DNA of 63,490 bases, the filler included, from Saprolegnia diclina VS20 (lineage: Eukaryota), in the NCBI RefSeq assembly GCF_000281045.1. It is 5 parts of 3 records of this genome, joined end to end, with 100 filler letters (N's around TTAATTAATTAA, not from the genome) between each part and the next. Parts side by side here need not be neighbours in the genome. Positions count along the whole stretch, not along the records: positions 26,666 to 42,095 come from NW_008246096.1; positions 42,196 to 61,907 come from NW_008246096.1; 3 more parts are not named here. The stretch is one strand, 5' to 3'. Below the pieces are notes generated by a model. It did not search any database, was not told the DNA's origin, and saw nothing but the letters and a program-made list of their open reading frames with translations. The position numbers and the translations under genes are program-made. This document shows, piece after piece, positions 34,259-45,882 of this stretch (position 1 is its first letter; each line of letters starts with the position of its first letter).

Positions 34259-35791
34259 TTATGTTGGCTCGGCATGCTGCAAGAGCTCGACAATGTCCCA
34301 GTGTCCATTTTGCAGCGCGGCATCCCCAGGAAAGCCGTGCGTCATCACAAAGTCTTGTGCTCGGACGGATAGCACCGTCGTCGTCAGCGTGACACAGTCG
34401 TCCGTGAACGTTGGCAGCGGCCGCGTCAGCATGTACGATACCACCGACATGTGCCCGTTGGCCGCTGCGGTGCTCATGGCCGTGGCGGTGATCGGCTGGA
34501 TGCATTCCTCGTGGAGCCAGGCCACAGTGTCCACATGACTGTTGGCCGCAGCAAGCGCTATCGCGTTGTCTCGTGCGCCGTCATAGCCGTGTGCGACCAG
34601 CCATTTCGCCGCATCGAGGTGGCCGTAGCAGCACGCATACTCGAGGGCCTTGGGCGACGCACTCTTGAGCCGCAGCCGATGGAGCATTTCCATCGTCATA
34701 AGGTCGCCGTGCATCGCTGCAATGTCCATAGCCACGCAGCGGTGCCAGCTAGCGAGGAAGAGTTCCCACAGCGACACGCCCAGATCGTCGTCGAGAGCGG
34801 ATGGCGGCGTCCACGTACCGTCTTCGTTCCACGTCTTGTGGCTCTCGGCTACAAGCGAAGACACGACAAACAGCAAGAGGTCGCGGTCCCGCATGTCGAC
34901 GGCCATCTCGAGCGTTCGCTTGGTCACACGTTGGATGCCGAGGGCGAGGAAGAGACGCAGCGCGGGCAGGCCATACTGACGTGTCATCGTCTCCAGGCCT
35001 TGCTCTGCCAAACTTGTCCAGCCAGCGTCGACGACGCACTGGACCGCTTCCAAGTGCCCCGTGCCGACGCGCGCCGAGGTCTCTGCGGGCATCTCAAACC
35101 ACAGGGTTCGGTTCAAGCCCTCGCTTCGGTGCGCAACGAGGAACCGCACGACGTCAATGTGGCCGTTGGCGACCGCTGCGCTGAGGGCACTCGTTGAACA
35201 GCCCTCACTGCGGTGATGATGGAGAAACGACACAATGTCCAGATGGCCGTTCGCGGCGGCGCCGTCCATGGCCGCCCGCGTGCAGCTGGCTCCGTGCTGG
35301 TGCAGCCACGTCAGAAGCGGGAGACTTCCCCGCGCGGCAGCGAGGTTCATGGCCATCGCAGCGTCCGAAACAAGCGGCGCGAGAAGCTCGACAGTCGCGT
35401 GGTCGTCCATCGCAACCGCGAGGGCAAGCGTGTCGGGCCCGAGGCACTGTGGCGCGTACGTTGCGAGCGCGGTGACGTCGACGCGCTGGCTGAGCGCAAT
35501 CGACACGTGCAGCGCCAACTGGAGGGGACTCACGCGGTGGTTGGGCAGGCGCAGGGCCCGTGCCGGCAGTGCGTCCGACTTCGTGCCACCCATGCGAGTG
35601 AGGAGCGCGTTGGGGAGCTTTGTGTAGTACAACGCTGGGCGGCGCGATGAAGATTTATGTGTCGTGTCAAAGAAGAGCTGGATATGGCCAACAGTGCGAA
35701 GAAGCCGGCGCAGGGAGAGTGGCACGCCGTGCTGAAAGTGGCTCGTTAACCGCAGGAGCTCGGGCGACGAAAGCACTTGGAGCGCAGCCAT
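34259..35791 (-). CDS. Ankyrin-repeat protein
   Basis: Repeated AMDGAAANGHLDIVSFLH-type units, including HRSEGC(S/T) spacers. Confidence 0.9.
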   Translation of the reverse strand: MAALQVLSSPELLRLTSHFQHGVPLSLRRLLRTVGHIQLFFDTTHKSSSRRPALYYTKLPNALLTRMGGTKSDALPARALRLPNHRVSPLQLALHVSIALSQRVDVTALATYAPQCLGPDTLALAVAMDDHATVELLAPLVSDAAMAMNLAAARGSLPLLTWLHQHGASCTRAAMDGAAANGHLDIVSFLHHHRSEGCSTSALSAAVANGHIDVVRFLVAHRSEGLNRTLWFEMPAETSARVGTGHLEAVQCVVDAGWTSLAEQGLETMTRQYGLPALRLFLALGIQRVTKRTLEMAVDMRDRDLLLFVVSSLVAESHKTWNEDGTWTPPSALDDDLGVSLWELFLASWHRCVAMDIAAMHGDLMTMEMLHRLRLKSASPKALEYACCYGHLDAAKWLVAHGYDGARDNAIALAAANSHVDTVAWLHEECIQPITATAMSTAAANGHMSVVSYMLTRPLPTFTDDCVTLTTTVLSVRAQDFVMTHGFPGDAALQNGHWDIVELLQHAEPT

Positions 35792-36212
35792 GAAGAAGCG
35801 AGCAAATTTGGAAATGACACGATCGGTTGCCGCATCGACGTGTCGGGTTGTAACTACGTGGGTGCGTCACCACCGATCGCAACCCCCGCAGTGTGTGCGC
35901 TGCAACTTGGGGGAAGAAAGCACCTGATGCGGGCTAGGGTTGTGTCCGTGGTCGCTCTCTCGGGCGGAGTATACTGGCAGCGGCACGCGTCCTCGCAGTC
36001 GCTAGTATACCGTCGGCGTCGAGGGGTCGATGGTCGAGAATTCTCAGGGCACAACCACACGCAAACATGTACCCGAGACTGCACTGGATACACAGCAACA
36101 ACCCCACATTGCACTTTGCATATGTCTACATAGAACTCGGCGAGCGCAACAGCAAGTCGGGCAACGGGAGCGCAAAATGCCACAGACGAAATGCGTCAAG
36201 CCACCGCGGGGG

Positions 36213-36266
36213 CGAGCACCACCATTCACGCGACAGCCGAGCACCACCATTCACGCGACAGCCGAG
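36213..36266. repeat. 25-bp exact tandem duplication (CGAGCACCACCATTCACGCGACAGC)
   Basis: Copies start at 36213 and 36238, followed by CGAG. Confidence 0.9.
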
Positions 36267-36663
36267 GTCCGACTTCCGCTGCTTGCAGCTGGACTCTCAA
36301 TCCCTGACAAGCTCTGGCGGTCGTTGCAAACTACGCTCGTGCGTGGATCTTCCAGCTTTCTGTTTGCAGCACAACTGCCACAACAACCTGGCTGTCTTGA
36401 GAGTGTGGACGACACCATCAGCCAAGTTCCGTGTCGTACTCGGTGGCATGATCAACGCGATAACGTGCCAACCTGAGCATTGGAAGGTCTCGCCATTGAG
36501 GCATTGCACAGTGTGTGTGGTGCAGCAGGCCGGGCACCTTTGAACTGCAAGTCCATGCTATTATACATCTAGTCGAGGGCACTGGTCCAAACACGCCTAG
36601 TATCAACTCGCAATTCCAAAAACAAAAGACAATCTTGAGTTACAAGACGGAGACACTAGCTAT

Positions 36664-37818
<1,155 letters not shown>

Positions 37819-37974
37819 TTATGGCCAATCAGGACCAAGATTCATTTGTGCGGGCGCATGGCTGACGACGCCGCATCATTTCGTATCCAATGTGTGATTG
37901 GGTGGCCTTCTAACCCTAACCGGTCTTCGTTCGATGCACCAATCACAGGCGTTTGCCTTTTGCAATAGCCAATG

Positions 37975-38180
37975 AAATGGGTCTGTAGACATGCGACAAT
38001 ACGGTCGAAAGTGGGGACGCCAGGTCGGGTGGCAGAGACACGCACGCGGTGGCGATCTTGGCGCGCGGGTCGCGGACGACAAGCTGCGTGTATGTATGTA
38101 TCGACGTCCGCAAAGACGCGCAGGTATGCGCTGCGGTACGGGCTTGGCGCAGCTTCTGGTGCCATCGTCTCAACGGTATC
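37975..38180 (-). pseudogene. Possible decayed protein kinase fragment
   Basis: TMAPE...Y...ADV in one frame, IATACVSLPPD in another, then PTFDRIVACL. These resemble kinase subdomains VIII-XI split by frameshifts. Confidence 0.3.
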
Positions 38181-38493
38181 TCTAAGTACCAAGTCTACTC
38201 TATGTGCGCGACACCATCGCCGTATCAGCATCATCTTGGTCGCGCCACATCGTCGCCCTTCGAGAAAAAGCTCGACGAGCGGGAAAGGGCGGAGGGCGCA
38301 AGGTGGTCGACAATCGCTCAAGTTGGATGCGATTCTCGTTGGGTGCGCAGTCACTTCGTTGCATAGTAGCATTAGACAAGGGGAAATCCCCCTAATCCCT
38401 CGCCGTGTCTTTGTGCAGCGGTGTCGCACGCCATAAGAAAAATCCACTAAAGGTATCTTTCACCGACTTGGATGACTTTTCGTCGTCGCTCTC

Positions 38494-41460
38494 TTATGGA
38501 GCGAGCGACCGCATAAAGGCGGCAAGGTCGGCGAGGCCGCGCTGCGACAACGACACCCGCATGCCATCAAACGCAAACCCGACGGCGGCGTCGACACCCG
38601 ACGACGCTCGCGGCGGCAGTGACGGGTACCGCTGGCTAAAATGTGTGAGCAGCGTCGTGCGGGCGCGCATATCGTGGCCAACTTGGATGGCTTCGCCGAC
38701 CGTCGAGTGCTTCTTCTTGACCGCATCGTCCAGCATCGCATCTTCAAATGTGGCTTCGTGGATGAGCACGTCGGCGTGCATGCCTACGCCACATAATGCA
38801 TCCCCAATCAGCATGATCGTGACGCACCTTGCGAGACGAGGCGCGCGCACGGGCGCGTGTCGCCCGAGTAGACGAGTTTGGTGCCGTCTGCGAGCACGAG
38901 AATGAGCCCGTACGCGTCGTAGCAGTGCTGGACGGGTACGCTATAGAGGTCCCGGAACCCCGTGCGTTGCAGAAACGAGAGGCGGGATGGGTGGCCGTGC
39001 TGGTTGAACGCAGTGATCGACACAAAGTGCACATTGTGGGGGGCCGCCCACGCCTGCCGCCACTGCGTCACGTACTGCAGAATGTCATCGGGGGCGATCA
39101 CGAGCAGCGGGGCACGGGCGTTGCAGAGGCTGCGCTCGTACAGAACGCGAACCAGCCCGCAGTGGTGGTCGGCGTGCTTGTGCGAGAGCCAAATGCACGA
39201 GAGGTCCCGGATGCGGGCGCGCGTTTCGGTGCCAAACTGCCGCCACAGCTGCCCGTAGGTACCTACGCCGCAGAGTCGAGTGTAATGCATTGATATGGCG
39301 CATGCGAGCAAACTACCTTCCCCGCAGTCGATGAGCATGCCGGCGTACGGCGCATATTCGAGGTAGATGGCGCTGCTGTTGCGCAGCTTGGACGGTGCGG
39401 CCGAGCCCGTACCGAGAAATGTGATTGTGTGACCATCTGCCGGCGGTGGCGGCACGGCCATCGCGCTCGTTGGCAGCGTCCACGAGCTTGGCGCATACGA
39501 AAACCCCACGGTTTGGTGCGCCTTGGCGGCGCGGAGGAGGTATGTCATGCCAGGTTGCGCGACCGTGAAGATGTACGACGCCGGCGTCGACGGCGCTTTG
39601 ACGCGGAGCTGCAAGTGCGTCTCCGCGGCGTTGGCGACTGATCGAAACGCAGGCGACAGCGGGAAGAGGCCGGGCGCTTTCTCAAATAGCGAGAGACGGT
39701 GCTGCGCCGAGGCGGTAAAGGCAAAGCCTAGACGACCTGCGTCGTACGTAGAGAGGACGGCGCCGTCGAACAGAAGATGGCGCGTCGCACTGCCCGAGTG
39801 CGCATCGACCCACTGCGTATATCTAGTGTTGAATCAGAACATATCCCAAGAGGAGTAGCTTCATTTCGTCGTACGTCGGGTGCACGGCGATCGAGGACTT
39901 TGTAAAGTGCACGACAAGCGACGGGCGGTGCGCGGCGCACGCGGTAAAGTGGTATGAAAGGAACGGCAGCCACGACGCCGACGGCAAGTCGACGAGCCAC
40001 ACGACCGACGGCAACGCGCCCTTGAACCTACGCTGGAGCGTGAGTTGTTGGTGGAGCATGCTTGTGCTCGACTCGAGAATGTAAAAAAGAACGTCGTCGA
40101 CAGGCGGCGAGGCATCGGTTGGCGCAGGCGGCACAAACACAGCGCGATCCGGTGCCGCCTCGGTCGTTTTGGTCTTCTTGCACTCGGATTCGTGGCTCGT
40201 GTCGGGCGCCGGACGCTAGTATACACCACGGTATGTCACTCTGAGTCGTCATGGATTGTTGCAGCGTGTACTTTGGCTGCGTATTTTGTCTGTAGCATGG
40301 TCTTCAAGTGCTCGTCCCGGCCCTCGTACGTTCGAAGGACCGACGCCATGCGAGGAATCATGGCCGGATTGTGCACCAAGTAGAATGCACGCAGCCACGT
40401 TTCAATCGTCTCGGGTTGTTCGTCCTACAAGATGCCTTAGTCATACGCATGCACGAGGTAGAGTACGTCGGATGCTACCGTCTTTGCATCTTCCTCGTTC
40501 TTGTCCGTACTTTCGTCGTCGTCGTCGTCACTGCTACTGCTGCTGCTTTCGGATGCGGGCAGCTCAAAGACACCATACTTGGCCTCGAGCATCGATCGCA
40601 GATCGTCGTAGCGACCCTTGTACTTGTTGGCAATCACGGCGATGTACGGGACCTTGGACGGGTCCTTTGCGGCGTAGAAGGCCGTGAGCCACTCGAGAAA
40701 CTTGGTTTCGGCAGACGAGACGCGCATATCACGTGCAATGGGAGTTGGCGCTGTGGTTGGCTTGGGCGCGGGTGGCGGCGGGGCGTGGCGGCAGAGGCGG
40801 CACGTGCCCTTAGCAGTCGGCAGACGGTCCAGCGATGCGGCGAGCGGCAAGACGCGCACGTACGGATCATCCACAAAGAGCGTATCCGGCGTGTGCTCTT
40901 TGAACGCGACGTGGGATGGGGCCGTCGGGCCATCGCTGCTGCCAACCTCGGCGCAGTGCAGCGACGGATACTGCCGCTTCGCAAACGACGCGGTCGATGT
41001 CAAGTATCGGTGGGTGCCCCGGGGTCCGACGACATCTAGTCGTGGTGCGCCACACGTGCCAAGCGCCAGGATCATGCCCGGGATGCCCGCGGCATTCTAC
41101 GTTTACGAGTGAGAAAATGCAAGTGCACGACGCGCACCATGGGATCGAGACGCGTCAGGAACATCGAGTTGAGCGAGCCAAGCTTGATGCCAGTCTCGCC
41201 GCACAAGCGCTGCGTGCCTTCGCCGCAGTTGAACATGTAGCTAGCGCCGCCGTGGCATGAGAGGCGCTTTCGCAACGTGCCTACCGTCGGACGACCGTGG
41301 CGTCATCACTGTACACGCCATGCTTGGTGATGCTGAAGACCAGCGAGCCTTCTGTACCGTCAGAGCCCGTGCCGAGGACGTTCAGCGAGACCTGCATCCG
41401 GATGAGTGAGCCCCTTCCAGCAGCTACGCCGGCGAGGCCTACCGAGAGCGGCGCCGCCAT
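38494..41460 (-). CDS. Long-form tRNase Z (ELAC2/Trz1-like tRNA 3' endonuclease), multi-exon
   Basis: N-half YMFNCGEGTQRL. C-half FLGTGSAAPSKLRN, IDCGEG, SHKHADHH, YSGDTRPC, HEATF, KKHST and LTHFSQRYP. Confidence 0.93.
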
Positions 41461-42010
41461 CGTTCGCGCCAGCTATTCTTGGTCGTGTCCGATTATCCGG
41501 AGGCGCGACTTGATTGGCTACCATCTCGACATGCTTCTGGACCCAGCAGAAAGCACTGACAATCTTACTCGTAGGCAGCCCTCATCACAGCGTCTCCAAA
41601 CATCGAGTACTTTCCAATTGCTATCTAGCGAAACAACAAACCGACTATAATAGCTGGAGGCTGCCAAGGCCATGTCCTTCATTTTGCACTCCACCAGCGC
41701 ACAAGCTGCAAGTAGGAGCCAACGAGGATGGTCGTTGCTGCGTATAGATACCGCGGACCCACAGAATCAAACTCGTATTGCCCTGCCACAGATATATTTC
41801 ATACGTGGCCGCGTTTCAAAGCGACTTTACGGCGACCGGAAGCTACCGCGACAAAGACAGCGCATCCGACGAGAAAGGACGACTTCGTGTCTCTCACACT
41901 TGATATTCTGTGACCCAACATTCGCTTTTGCTGGATTTACGCAGAAATCAACGGAGAACCTCACTTTGCATTTTGCAGGCTTTCCCCCAAGCACCTCCTT
42001 CTCACCCATC

Positions 42011-42095
42011 ATGGCTGTCACCATCGGTATCAACGGCTTTGGCCGCATCGGTCGCCTCGTCTGCCGCGCCGCCTTTGCCAACCCCAACGCGACGG
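42011..42095 (+). CDS. GAPDH: GAPDH copy 3, 5' end only (contig end)
   Basis: [28 protein letters not shown]. The leader matches copy 2 except for one base. Confidence 0.85.
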
Positions 42096-42195
42096 NNNNN
42101 NNNNNNNNNNNNNNNNNNNNNNNNNNNNNNNNNNNNNNNTTAATTAATTAANNNNNNNNNNNNNNNNNNNNNNNNNNNNNNNNNNNNNNNNNNNN

Positions 42196-43651
42196 TGCTG
42201 TCATTGTCGGTACCAGAGAGCCGCGAGCGCCTCGACATGTTGTGTTCGATCGTCGACACCATCGTCTTGGTCTCTTCGTCAATGCCGCCTTGCCAAATGA
42301 CGCTCACGAGCAGCGTGCACACGGGGATGCAGTAGAGAAACAGCATCACTTCCAGCGGGACATGGGATGTCACAAAGAGACCAAGGACCACTTGGACGAG
42401 GCCGACGACCCCCACCTTTAAATATGCGACGGGTGGTAGCCCAATCACGGCAGGTAGCGACACCAAGAAGGCTGCGATCGGCACCGCAATCATCATCGAA
42501 GCGGTTTGCGTCGACATGACTTGGTCGGTCGTCGCATTGGTGCCGTGCAACACAGTGTCGGTGGTCGTAAGCGGGTCGACCGTATTGGCGCAGCGCGCGA
42601 CCATAAAGAGCCCGGTGGCAAACGCCGCAAGGGAACCGTGAATGAAAAAGTGGCCGCGGCCAATTCGAAAGGCCGTGCTCGGGTCCGCGTCCATGACGTA
42701 CCCAAAGGGCATGAGGAAGTAGAACCACCAGAGCATGAAGAGCAGGATCATTGAGAAAATGAGCGTTGCGAGCGACCGGTAGTTGAAGAATGTCGACTCG
42801 ATGACCGTGGCACGGGAGAGCGAGAGGAGGCACTCGCCAAACACAATGATCGTAAACTCCGAGTAGCGCTCCGAAATGTGATGGGCGTGGTACCGGTGCT
42901 GCACGGGCGACGTGGCAATGATCACCATTGGAACGCCGAACTCGAGCAGCCCTAAAAGAACGTAGCACACTTGGAAGACGAGGTCGCTCATGTCGCTATG
43001 AAAGAGCACGCCCCAGCCGACAAGGAGAAGAAGACTCGCGGCCGAGCACTTGACGTTAATACCGCGGTGCTCGGGGTCCTGGTACGCGGCCCGGCCGCGG
43101 AGAAACACTTCGAGGAAGAGCCGCAAAATCACATAGCCAACGAGCACCTCCGAGAGGTTGTTCTGAATGCCGTCGGCGACGACGAGGATACCAATCATTT
43201 GCCCGAGCGTCCCGATGCGGTAGAGCACGTCGTCGACGTCATACGAGGACGAGAACCAAATGAACGGCAGCCACGCGTTCCAGATCGTAAAGAAGAGCAT
43301 GACAAATTGTACACAGTTGCGAAAAATGCTGTCCCCGTACTCCATCGACTTGGCAAAGACGTGCGAGACCGACGATAACGCGACGACGAGCGTGAGATCG
43401 TAGAGCTTCTCAAGCGACGTCGACTTGCGGTGCAGCTCTTTCGGGTCGCGGCCCCGCATTGGCTTGTGGAACGGGTGGTTCAAACTGCCTTTTCGGAGCA
43501 CGGGGATCACCCGATACCGGTTGCGCGGGTGCTTGGCCCACGACGCGTTGGCCGACTTGGTGCGGACGAGGACGCTCGGCGACGAGCTCGCAGAGCGCAG
43601 CACGCGCGGCGGCTGAACGTGGACCACCGTGCCGTCCTTGGCCCGCTTCAT
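42196..43651 (-). CDS. LtrA (low temperature requirement A) family membrane protein, 3' end in gap
   Basis: STSLEKLYDLTLVVA, W-x4-W-F-x3-YDVDD, HISERYSEFTIIVFGE and LWWFYF. Confidence 0.85.
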
Positions 43652-44009
43652 GCACCCAACACCACGAAGGACCGAGAATGGGTTTCTGCGCCTGTCTCTC
43701 GTAGTCAGGAGCTATTTTCGTCGAAGTCGTGAGTGAGATAACGCTCTATCATTCGTTCCCCCATTACACAGTCGGCAGCAACCGTGTTGATGCGCCTTGC
43801 TGGAGCAAACATTGACCTTTGAACCGGCATGTTCTACTAGTATCAACCACCACCCACACCTCACCAGGGTCGTAACCTTGCAATCGCCACGGGGCGGGCC
43901 CACAGATCGTATCGCCGTGACGAGCCTCATACGTCGTTATTCGAGTAGGTTGCAAAACGTCATCAGACTTGAAAAGGCGTCGTGTTCAAAATAGCACCCA
44001 GTACACGTC

Positions 44010-45359
44010 ATGGCAAGCGGGCAAGTCGAGCCGGTGCTCGTGGCCAAGTCGGCGAATGCGGCGTGGGCGTTAGAGCCCGTGCGCTCCAAGTACACCCTCG
44101 AACGCACCTCGTCCCTTCACCACAGTGTGTTCCATACGCCCATGACGGGGCGTGACCCGAAAGAGCGGAATCGCAAGTCGACGCCACTCGAGAAGCTCTT
44201 TGACTTAACGCTGGTCGTCGCGCTCTCGGCCGTCTCCAACGTCTTTGCCACCTCGATGCAGCACGGAGACAACCTTTTTCAAAACACCGTTCTGTTCATC
44301 ATGCTCTTCTTTGCGGTCTGGAATGCGTGGCTGCCGTTCACGTGGTTTGCGTCCATGTACGACGTCGACGACGCCTTGTACCGGCTCGCGACGCTCGGGC
44401 AAATGGTCGGACTGCTCGTCGTCACCGACGGCATCAAGTACGACAAATCCGAGGTGATTGCGGGGTATGTCATTTTGCGCCTCTCGCTCGAAGGTCTTTT
44501 GCGCGGTCGCGCTGCAATCTACGATGTGCGACACCGGCACTTGACCGTGCGGTCCATGGCGGCGAGCTGTACCGTGCTCGTTGGCTGGGTCGTGCTGTTT
44601 CAGGCGACATTGTCGGAGGAGATGTTTGAAGCGTACTACTTTGTCCTTGGTCTTCTCGACATTGCGCTGCCGAGCCTCGTCGCCCATAGCAACGAGGTGC
44701 GCTTCCACGCGCACCACATCTCGGAGCGATACGCCGAGTTTACGATCATCATCTTTGGCGAGTGCCTCCTCTCGCTCTCCCATGCGACCGTCTTGCATGG
44801 AGCCCACGGCTTTAGCTACGACGCACTCGCAATCTTGATTGGATCGATGCTCCTCCTCTTCCTCCTCTGGTGGTTCTACTTTTTCATTCCGTTTGGCCAC
44901 GTCATGGACGCAAACCCAGCCGCGGCGTTCCGCATTGGCATTGGCCACTTTGTCATTCATTGTGCGCTCGCCGCCTTCGCCACCGGTCTCTACATGATTG
45001 CGCACCTCGCCAACGAGCACGACGCCAGTGGGTCGAGCTCGGGCAGCTCGGCTCCGGTCATGTCGACGCAGACCGCGTCACTCATGGTGGCGATCCCGAT
45101 TGGTCTCTTTTTGTTTGCCTTGGCCCTCGTCGCGGGTCTTTCGTGGGCGGCGGTCGCGCGGTCGGTGGGTGTCGGCGCCGCCGAAGTGCTCATTGGTGTC
45201 TACGTGACGCCCCTCGTGAGTCTCCCAGCGCTCGTCTTTCTCTACTGTGTGCCCATGACATTGCTCTTGCTCGAAGTCATGTGGATGGAAGGCGGTGCCG
45301 AGCATGTCGCCACGCGCTCCGAGCCGACGTCTGTGAAAGAAGCCCACGACACCTCCTAA
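44010..45359 (+). CDS. LtrA family membrane protein, divergent paralogue
   Basis: STPLEKLFDLTLVVA, HISERYAEFTIIIFGE and LWWFYF. Collinear with the neighbouring copy. Confidence 0.87.
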   Translation: MASGQVEPVLVAKSANAAWALEPVRSKYTLERTSSLHHSVFHTPMTGRDPKERNRKSTPLEKLFDLTLVVALSAVSNVFATSMQHGDNLFQNTVLFIMLFFAVWNAWLPFTWFASMYDVDDALYRLATLGQMVGLLVVTDGIKYDKSEVIAGYVILRLSLEGLLRGRAAIYDVRHRHLTVRSMAASCTVLVGWVVLFQATLSEEMFEAYYFVLGLLDIALPSLVAHSNEVRFHAHHISERYAEFTIIIFGECLLSLSHATVLHGAHGFSYDALAILIGSMLLLFLLWWFYFFIPFGHVMDANPAAAFRIGIGHFVIHCALAAFATGLYMIAHLANEHDASGSSSGSSAPVMSTQTASLMVAIPIGLFLFALALVAGLSWAAVARSVGVGAAEVLIGVYVTPLVSLPALVFLYCVPMTLLLLEVMWMEGGAEHVATRSEPTSVKEAHDTS

Positions 45360-45882
45360 GTGTAATAGCTAAAGCAGTGGCGACGTGCTTACGTCGACAT
45401 CTAGGAGCCAAACGCTGCCTGGACGACTCGAGTGCTTCACTCTGTCTCGACTCGCTTCAACAACAAGCGCACATAGCTCCGTGGCTTCCTGTAGATGAAC
45501 GTGTTTTGCGCATTCGTTGTAAATGTTAAGGCGTCGCTTGTGTAGGTGTGAGACCATAGAGACCAAAGAGAGAGGTGGCTAAGAGCGAAGACTAGCACGC
45601 TCTTCACTTGCTCGTCCGGCCATGGCGGCGCAGGTGGCGGTCAAAGTAGCATTGAGTATTTAGAACGCAGTAGTTACGTCGTAGTATTGCAATAGAGGTG
45701 TTCCAGGCATTATCTAGTGAAGTCCAAGGGCTCGTACCAACGCATTCTTATCTCAGCAAGCTCCAGCACCTCGGCCGACCACAGTCCATGGGCAGCTGTG
45801 TTGGCGCCACGAGGTTCGCGATGAAAATGCATATTTTGCGAATCGTGTTGACCAATGGCATCGACGCTGCCAGAAAGCAAGC

